Positions 55,158-64,000 of a stretch of 64,000 nucleotides of DNA are shown here, piece after piece. Below the pieces are notes generated by a model. It saw only the letters and a list, made by a program, of their open reading frames with translations. It had not been told where the DNA came from and made no database searches. This DNA comes from Octopus vulgaris (taxonomy: Eukaryota), in assembly GCA_951406725.2 (NCBI GenBank), contig OX597826.1:61690001-61754000 (forward strand), read 5' to 3'. Position 1 is the first letter of the stretch. Every line of letters starts with the position of its first letter. The position numbers were made by a program, and so were the translations under genes.

Positions 55158-56668
55158 CTGCGAAGAGAAACAGAACGAAAAGAATACATCCTTATTAGAA
55201 AGTTAAATATCCTCAAACATTGAAGTTATCACTCTAATCTATCTGTCTGTCTGTATGTATGTATGTCTGCCTGCCTACTTCTCCGCCTACCTACCTACCT
55301 ACTTGCCTACCTACCAACTTGCCTGCCTACCTACTTGTCTATCTACCTACTTGCCTACCTATCTATCTATCTATCTATCTATCTAGTGCGAGAGAGAGAA
55401 AGAAAGAGGGAGAGAAAGAGAGAGAGAGACTACCACTTGTGTACGCAGCAGAATATTCTGAATCTGCTACACTTTCAGTACTCAAAATGCACGAAGAGAA
55501 ATATGTTTGCTGTTATTAACATCACGCCCTGGACGAATGAATAAAAAGACAGGAGAATTTCATCAAATTTACATAAAACTGTTTGATTAAATATTGTTCT
55601 CTTTCCTTTTATTTTTCTTACCGTTTCTATTTTTTCTCTTTTTTTTCTGTCTTTTTCTTTTCGCCTGTTAAAAAACTGAATCTTAAAATCTGATGGGTCA
55701 TTCCATCAACGTATGGATGCTGGTTGCTCTCGTTCATATTTTAGATTTGAATTTCTATAATTTTGAATTTTCATCTCTTTTCATTTTGTAATCGACAAAC
55801 GCATGCTTGCTGTCAAAATATCGTTCAACCAATAAGATATCTATTGTAATCGCATCGCTCTCTTCTTATCTTTTAGTAATGATAATGATAGTAACAACAA
55901 CAACAACAACAACAACAACAGCAACAGCAATAATAATAATAATATTAATAATAATAATAGTGAGATTGGCTAAAGAAAGGAACACTAAAGAAAGAGACTT
56001 GGAGTACTATACGGGCAGCGCAAACCAAACTTTGGCCATAAACTTAGGAATGAGCAAGTGTCTCCACTGTGCAGCATCTGCAATAGGATGGATGAAACCA
56101 TTTCCCGTCTTCTGTAGTTTCACTGTATTCTCAGCCAAGATAGAAGCGAGTACCAAAGTTCCATTCAGCAGTCTTGATAATTGGTAAGAATTCTCGGCAT
56201 GAAACCAATAGTAGCGTTGTTAATCAAGAAATAAAGAACATGTATCCACCCATGTTGCGTTGAGTACTCACTCTCACAGCTGGATAATAGCATGTATATA
56301 CATACATTCATACATACTCACCCCTATACTCACACGCCACATACACACACTCACACAAATATACATACATATGCTCACAACCACACACATACACACAAAA
56401 ATACACACACACATATGCTATCAACTTCTCACACTTTCCGTCTCACAAATTCCCTCACAAGGCATATATCAACATGTTGCTATAGTAGACATTTACCTAC
56501 GGTGCAGCCTAGTGAAAATGAACTGAAAGCCATGCATGTACATGTATGTATACGCGCGCACACCCCCACCCCTCCATATATACATGTACATAGAGAGAGA
56601 GAGATGTATATATATGTCCACACATATATATATATATGCATCTATATATACATACATATGTATGTGTG

Positions 56669-56717
<49 letters not shown>

Positions 56718-57263
56718 AAGAGAGAGAGAGAGAGACAGTTGTGTGTGTGTAACTAGCTAACAAAATAGATTGATAGATAGATAGATAGATATATAGATGT
56801 GTGCGTGTATAAATATATGTCCTTGTGGAAAATTTAACGTTAGGATATAAGGTAATATTATGATTTATTGGCAGGATACTCCTCCAATTCGCATTACTAT
56901 TAATATGTGAAATGAATATACTATTAATATTCATTTTCTTGCATTTTCGTTTCTTATTTATTTCATTCTTATTTTCGTTTTCATTAGCCGTCTTCTATTT
57001 TTACATAAAGTATTTTAAATTATTCTACGTTTCGTCAAATCTCTAATAGAATTAGAACTTCATTATCTTTATAAGTCTATTAGTAGCAATGGAACTGTAT
57101 AGATATGATAATAGAGAAAACAGGAAAAGATACTTATTGAAAATACATTCCAGTTATAGATATGATATTTTGTACTTTGTTTCTATTTTCCATCGTCTTC
57201 TTTATTCAAAGAGAACTTCAGGACAAATATAATGAAATTTGTGAACAAGCATTGTTTGTAATA

Positions 57264-57647
57264 ATGGAAGCACTCCGTCGGTTACGACGACGAGGGTTCC
57301 GGTTGATCCGAATCAACGGAACAGCCTGCTCGTGAAATTAACATGTAAGTGGCTGAGCACTCCACAGACACGTGTACCCTTAACGTAGATCTCGGGGATA
57401 TTCAGCGTGACACAGAGAGTGACAAGGCCGGCCCCTTGAAATACAGGTACAACAGAAACAGGAAGTAAGAGTGAGAGAAAGTTGTGGTGAAAGAGTACAG
57501 CAGGGATCACCACCATCCCCTGTCGGAGCCTCGTGGAGCTTTAGGTGTTTTAGCTCAATAAACACTCACAACGCCCGGTCTGGGAATCGAAACCGCGATC
57601 CTATGACCGCGAGTCCGCTGCTCTAACCACTGGGCCATTGCGCCTCC
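57264..57647 (-). mobile_element. SINE family C, full length (tail T1)
   Basis: Near-identical to 31723-32050. Confidence 0.9.
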
Positions 57648-57918
57648 GTTTGTATATATACTCAACCAGTGAGAGGTCGTTGTTGCTGCTGACATAAAAA
57701 TACCAACACGTTTACATTCTAATACCAGGAAATTACTACATTAGTGTACAGACAGACAGACAGACAGACAGGCACAAACACACTCACACACACATACGCA
57801 CATATAGATTTGGGTGTTTGTGTGAGTGCATGTGTGTGAATCTATATACATTTATTTGCACACATGTACATATATACATTTATACATATACATATATACA
57901 TTTATATACACATATATG

Positions 57919-57964
<46 letters not shown>

Positions 57965-57965
<1 letters not shown>

Positions 57966-58252
57966 CACGTGATCACGTGACCGACCAGACCATCAGATGT
58001 TGTTACACATCGCTGGTCGCAATGCGTTCGCATTGTTTTAGCCTTTGAATGACGCCACCCCGCTGGCTAAGCGAGCAGGCCAACAGAAGAAAGAGTGGGA
58101 GAAAGAGTGGTGAAAGAGTACAGCAGGGATCACCACCCACTGCCGGAGCGTCGTGGAGGTTTTAGGTGTTTTCGCTCAATAAACACTCACAACGCCCGGT
58201 CTGGGAATCGAAACCGCGAGTCCGCTGCCCTAACCACTGGGCCATTGCGCCT

Positions 58253-58255
<3 letters not shown>
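57965..58255 (-). mobile_element. SINE family C with alternative tail T2
   Basis: Same head and body as 57264. Tail (cgtgaccgaccagaccatcagatgttg...) shared with 59917. Confidence 0.85.
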
Positions 58256-58299
<44 letters not shown>

Positions 58300-59129
58300 C
58301 ATATTCACATATATATGACACGCGCACCCCCATATATATATATATACACCGTATGTACGAATATATGTATTAGAAAAGGCAACGCATTGAGTTAGTATAG
58401 TATCATTTAAGCTGAGAATTTACAACGTTGTTACACCGATTTCACCTTAAACCTTTTAGAATCGTGCCCGCCTTTGTGTTTTTGTTTAACAGACTATTAT
58501 CCTCGTAATCTCCTGAAATCTGACGAATCTAATAACCTTGAATTACGATCTAAGTCTGTCACCTTTAAAACTTACATTTCATTGGAAGTTTTATAAGCAT
58601 TTAAGTGCTTTTGTTGTCTTACGTTAAAAGTGATTTCCCGTGGTCGTTAGCTTGGAACTAAAAGTACATCAACACTTTTTATGTTTTTTCTGTATGGTGA
58701 AGAGCAGTCTTCCGAAACGTTAAATTCTTCACCCATCACGACAATAACACGGATCAATCCCTGCTATGAACTCACCAATCATTTCGTTGTTATTCTGATA
58801 TCAAATTTCACTGGTCTTAAAATACCTTAGAATGTCTTACGTTAAAAATCTTATCATACATGTTGCCTTTAAAACAATAAATATAAGTTTGGGGATTAAT
58901 TATCAACCTATTTAGAATCTGAAACAATCATTTGCAACACTAATTGTTGTGTGTCTGTTTTTATTTCAATATCTTTTGGTCTACCTGTTCGATGTATATA
59001 CTGACCCAATATGACTTCTCTTTGTGGATTTTGTAACAATTTTAGTAACGCATCAAAGTGTAAATGGTTCATGCATTTATGTGAAAGCAGACTGTAGAGC
59101 AAATACAAGAGTTAGATTAAAATGATTAC

Positions 59130-59246
59130 CTTGCTACGTATCACACCACTGTGAGCTCGGGTAAATATTTGGTGAACCCGATAGGTTTTGGAAAACATTG
59201 CCCCGAATGCCAATGAGAATCCTGCAGCGAACAAGAATGCGCGAGT
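59130..59246 (-). CDS. GABA-B-R3: GABA-B receptor-like (R3-type) class C GPCR, internal exon: TM3 and ICL2 (TRAFLFAAGFSLAFGAMFSKTYRVHQIFTRAHSGVIRSK)
   Basis: Read by hand (not in ORF track). 117 bp, phase 0/0, acceptor cctttcag, donor gtaatc. GFSLAFGxMFxKTYRVH is the GABA-B TM3 signature. Confidence 0.93.
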
Positions 59247-59318
59247 CTGAAAGGAAAGAAAACGATAAATTAATATTCCTCAACAGATGTAGAAAAAAAA
59301 GAGAAGTTTCTGTATTGC

Positions 59319-59357
59319 ACAGTTTGCGTTTCTGCGTTATTATGCTTCATCAGCTAT
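59319..59357 (-). ncRNA. Degenerate minimal hammerhead-like motif
   Basis: Minus strand: atag CTGATGA a gc-ataataac-gc a GAAA cgca aa ctgt. The U of the cleavage dinucleotide is lost. Confidence 0.35.
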
Positions 59358-59838
59358 GGACAGAGAACTCGTCGTTCATAGCCCACTAAGAAACGGCCGA
59401 GTTTACCCACATCTGTGTGTACGCAAACGTTTTACATAAATTGTACACACATATTTTAATCAACGCTGCTTCTGATGCTTCTCGTTAATTGATCAAACTA
59501 GAATAAATTAACGAGAGGCACCCGAAGTTTTGCGCATATCAACAAATGTAATATTTTCTTTTGAATCATAAAAAACAGGTGTCTCTTAGCTATTAATGGT
59601 GGCTTACATTTGTAAAGTCATAACTGATAAAGAATACAAACCCTCACACAAGATGTTCGTCTATATTCCACATATTTTTCTGTATTCAATAGCAGTTGGA
59701 TATGCCCCGAAATATATTTCATAACACCCAGTGTAAAACCTATAATATTTGAACATATACATACATACATACATACATACATACATACATACATACATAC
59801 ATACTTACATACACACACACATACACACACACACACAT

Positions 59839-59873
<35 letters not shown>

Positions 59874-59884
59874 CATATATATAC

Positions 59885-59916
<32 letters not shown>

Positions 59917-60200
59917 CACCGTGAACACCGTGACCGACCAGGGTATCAGATGTTGATACACATCGCTGGTTACAATGCGCTACGCATTGTTTTAGCCTTT
60001 AGATGACGCCACCCCGCTGGCTAAGCGAACAGGCCAACAGAAGAAAGAGTGAGAGAAAGTTGTGGCGAAAGAGTACAGTAGGGATCGCCACCACTCCCTG
60101 CCGGAGCCTCGTGGAGCTTTAGGTGTTGTCGCTCAATAAATGCTCACAATGCCCGGTCTGTGAATCGAACCCGCGATCCTACGACTGCGAGCCCGCTGCC

Positions 60201-60205
<5 letters not shown>
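59917..60205 (-). mobile_element. SINE family C with tail T2, head clipped by (TA)n
   Basis: Homologous to 57965-58255. Confidence 0.85.
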
Positions 60206-60269
<64 letters not shown>

Positions 60270-60594
60270 CATGCATACAGAATAACGAGGCTAAGATATA
60301 AGAAATTCATTAGCAGGCATTACACACAGCATTCCCTTTGTCAGCTATGCGAACAGACATCACTATTGTTTCGACACCTGGGCAGCACCATAGATTCTGG
60401 CGATGTCTATAGCGTTAAACATATAAACAACGCCTGAAATCTATCAACTTGTTACTACAAGTAACAACATGAGAATAAACAAATAGTGCTAACATAGCTG
60501 AAAAATGAAATATAAAACAAAGAACTAATTCCCAAAAGGACATTCGGACATTACGATAGACATTGACACAATACACACAAAGACACATACACAC

Positions 60595-60672
<78 letters not shown>

Positions 60673-60676
60673 ATAT

Positions 60677-60715
<39 letters not shown>

Positions 60716-60720
60716 CATAC

Positions 60721-60766
<46 letters not shown>

Positions 60767-60782
60767 GCATACATATATATAG

Positions 60783-60867
<85 letters not shown>

Positions 60868-61551
60868 GTATATATATACACATACATACAAACATATATA
60901 TACATATACGTACATATAGGTGTGTGTATGTATATAGATCTCGTCACTATTATTTTTTCTGTACCAATTCCTACCCAGAATATAAAACTGCCAATTCCTC
61001 TCATTGTACTGTCTGTCTTTTGCTCTTTAACCCTTCGACAAGTTAGATATCCTTCTGTCGCTACTTTCTTTGATATCGCCTAATTTTTTGGTACACGGAG
61101 ATTTTATTTATTTAGATATATATTCTCTCTCTCTCCCTCTCGCATGTTTGTTGTTTTATTATTACTTACTCTGCTAGAAAGTAACGAGTTACTACCAGTC
61201 TGTCTCACATTCACCTTTCACATAGAAAGCCTCCATACATTTTCCTTCGCCTTACTTTGAACCAAGCGCAATTTTGTTGTTTTTTCGATGTGTGTATTTT
61301 CTTTCAACTTTTCCCTGTACGTCTATGCTCACGTCTATTTGTGCAGACGCTTTTCCAAAACGTGTCTAAATGTATATACATCTGTTCCTACTTTTTTTGT
61401 CCATGCACATACGACGGGTAGCTGGAAATTTCCTTGCTTTAAGGTTATCGCGAAAGGCCTGGCTAGAGGCCCAACCTTCCGAGTTCTATTACAGTGCTAA
61501 AAAAAAAAAAAACTGAAGCACCTCTGTAGTATGTGCATCTGAGAGGGAACG

Positions 61552-61710
61552 TAGGAGTGGCTGTGTGGTAAGAAGCTTGCTGACGAACCACATGGTTCCG
61601 GGTTCAGTCCCACTGTGTGGCACCTTGGGCAAGAGTCTTCTTCTATAGCCTCGGGCCGACCAAAGCCTTGTGAGTGCATTTGGTAGACGGAAACTGAAAG
61701 ACGCCCGTCG

Positions 61711-61742
<32 letters not shown>

Positions 61743-61960
61743 TGTGTATGTGTTTGTGTGTCTGTGTTTGTCCCCCCCCCCCCAACATCGCTTGACAACC
61801 GATGCTTGTGTGTTTACGTCTCCGTAACTTAGCGGTGCGGCAAAAGAGACTAATAGAATAAGTACTAGGTTTACAAAGAATAAGTCCTGGGGTCGATTTG
61901 CTCGACTAAAGGCGGTGCTCCAGAAAGGCCGCAGTCAAATGACTGAAACAAGTAAAAGAG
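61552..61960 (+). mobile_element. CORE-like SINE, family D, with internal microsatellite
   Basis: aggagtggctgtgtggtaagaag head, ggcaccttgggcaag core, (TA)n/(TG)n centre, tail ending gactgaaacaagtaaaagag. Confidence 0.88.
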
Positions 61961-62349
61961 ATCCTTCTGTATTTTATTTTACCCAAAGCCAGGAACTTTT
62001 TAGCGAACCCTCGTATTCTGCCAAAGAATTCTTTCCAAATATCGTACATTAGAGTAACAAAACGAAACATGATTAATGCTGTGTAACTTAACGTTGAATC
62101 TTGCAGCCACGAAAATATTGAATCCACAAATTCTCCGTCTCAGTTTATTTTATCATTTAATATTAATGGATTTGAAGCAGTGTGGATTTGAAAATTCAAA
62201 AATGGTACACAAATGTCGACAAAGACTGTGAAAGTGTCGCAGTGTACATACAGCATTTCCCCTCATGTTTGTGTCCATACACGTAATGTACAGAAGAATT
62301 GCTTTAAATCGGACTTACACAGCGTGCTGTCAATCTCCTTTTACCTCCG

Positions 62350-62420
<71 letters not shown>

Positions 62421-62428
62421 CCTACCTG

Positions 62429-62510
<82 letters not shown>

Positions 62511-62891
62511 AGCACGCAATTACACACACACACAACCACACTCACATATCATAAATATTATTAAATAAATATACTAATGTATATGATTTTTGTATTTCCC
62601 GGTGGCTGCAATGGCGTAGGGGAGTATATAAGTATCATGTCACCTTAAAACCATGGACAGGGGTGGTAATACACCCTTAGTCCTATCTGAGAGTGATGGA
62701 CATCGATGTTTCACCATTTTTGTGGCTTTTCAACATCACAACCCCGCCTGGGTTGAAGGCGAGGCACCTAAAAGTACCAGCAACTTATATGCTAATGGCT
62801 TGTAAAATCATGAGCTGGTATGCCCGTAAATTGCATAACTAAGACAAAATTTATGTATGAAGTGAAATCACCTTTAATATAATAAATATTC

Positions 62892-63088
62892 TGTTATGTC
62901 TGGGGAGAGTCATTTTCTTTTTGTGCCTTATAATGTAACACACTCACCGGTAAAATTTCCACTTATTTCTTATTTTTATTTTCCTAAAATTTTCGTTGCG
63001 TCTTGCAATCTTTTCAATAATCAAGACTATTTTACCGGCGAGTGTATTACGTTATATGGAGAGAAAATGACTCTCCCCAGACACAACA
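62892..63088. mobile_element. ~200-bp hairpin MITE
   Basis: tgtctggggagagtcattttct / agaaaatgactctccccagaca, plus inner arms cactcaccggtaaaat / attttaccggcgagtg. Confidence 0.85.
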
Positions 63089-63607
63089 TAATATGCTTCA
63101 ACACACGAACTCATGTGAAGAATCTTGCAAACCAAATCCCAAATCGTAATATAATTAATATTATTAAATATGTATATGCCCATAATTTTTATAGACTTCG
63201 TCGCAAGTCCTGACCCTCATTTACAATACACAAGATTTTCTTTTCCCTCTTTAGTTTTTCCCTCTCTTGCTATCATCATGATGGTCATCGTAGTCGTCAT
63301 TGGTCCTGTTTCATCTCGGCGACTAAATATCAACAATTATTCCTATTGACATATTGATTACTTTTAACTCTGCCGCCCTCTCTATTACAAATAGTATTTC
63401 AGATTTGCTCCTACAGTTCGTAGTATTTGATGCTCACCTTTCAAAGAAATAAACCCAATTATTTCATTATATATCATTACTTTTAATAATTGTATTTGTT
63501 TTTCTTAATTTCTTATTTTTTATTAGTGTAATTTTTTTAGTGTATTCCTTAAATTATTTCGCTCTTAATTTTTCACACATAACATCAACTACTACACACA
63601 CACTACC

Positions 63608-63634
63608 TCTACTACTACAACCACCACCACCACC

Positions 63635-63675
<41 letters not shown>

Positions 63676-63702
63676 CACTACCACCACCACCACCACCACA
63701 CC

Positions 63703-63734
<32 letters not shown>

Positions 63735-63807
63735 CACCACCACCACCACCACCACCACCACAACCACCACCACCACCACCACCACCACCACCACCACCAC
63801 CACCACC

Positions 63808-63858
<51 letters not shown>

Positions 63859-63889
63859 GCTGCTGCTACTGCTACTACTACTACTACTG

Positions 63890-63927
<38 letters not shown>

Positions 63928-63953
63928 GCTGCTACAACTGCTGCTGCTGCTGC
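63608..63953. repeat. Compound (CTA)n/(CCA)n/(CTG)n microsatellite
   Basis: Directly visible. Confidence 0.95.
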
Positions 63954-64000
63954 CTTTCCTTATTTCTCAATTAAAAAAAAATATTTATTCTATTTCCATC

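Noticed and set aside
59247-64000. Further upstream GPCR exons (TM1-TM2)
   Set aside because: No splice-bounded segment with GABA-B TM1/TM2 motifs was found by eye. They probably lie outside the window.

Overview
AT-rich, microsatellite-saturated animal genomic DNA, most likely a coleoid cephalopod (Octopus-like; inferred from the SINE families and repeat load, not from a search). It holds one real gene on the minus strand: the 3' part of a class C GPCR of the GABA-B receptor family, closest by recalled motifs to invertebrate GABA-B-R3. Six GT-AG exons (59130-59246, 55035-55157, 49890-50225, 19627-19782, 17037-17191, 13422-15717) splice in frame to about 1060 aa: TM3-TM7, a coiled coil, and a ~760-aa low-complexity tail ending EVSYV*. 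The N-terminal exons lie beyond the window. Almost all other listed ORFs are microsatellite artefacts. Introns and flanks contain tRNA-derived SINEs with shuffled modules, RTE and RLE-type (R4/Dong-like) LINE fragments, Tc1/mariner/DD41D remnants and MITEs. The most notable unannotated signal is about ten minimal hammerhead-ribozyme-like motifs (CUGANGA-stem II-GAAA-palindrome-UH) in short AT-rich elements, often beside (TA)n tracts. Several sit in long fold-back palindromes, consistent with Penelope-like element termini or non-autonomous derivatives.
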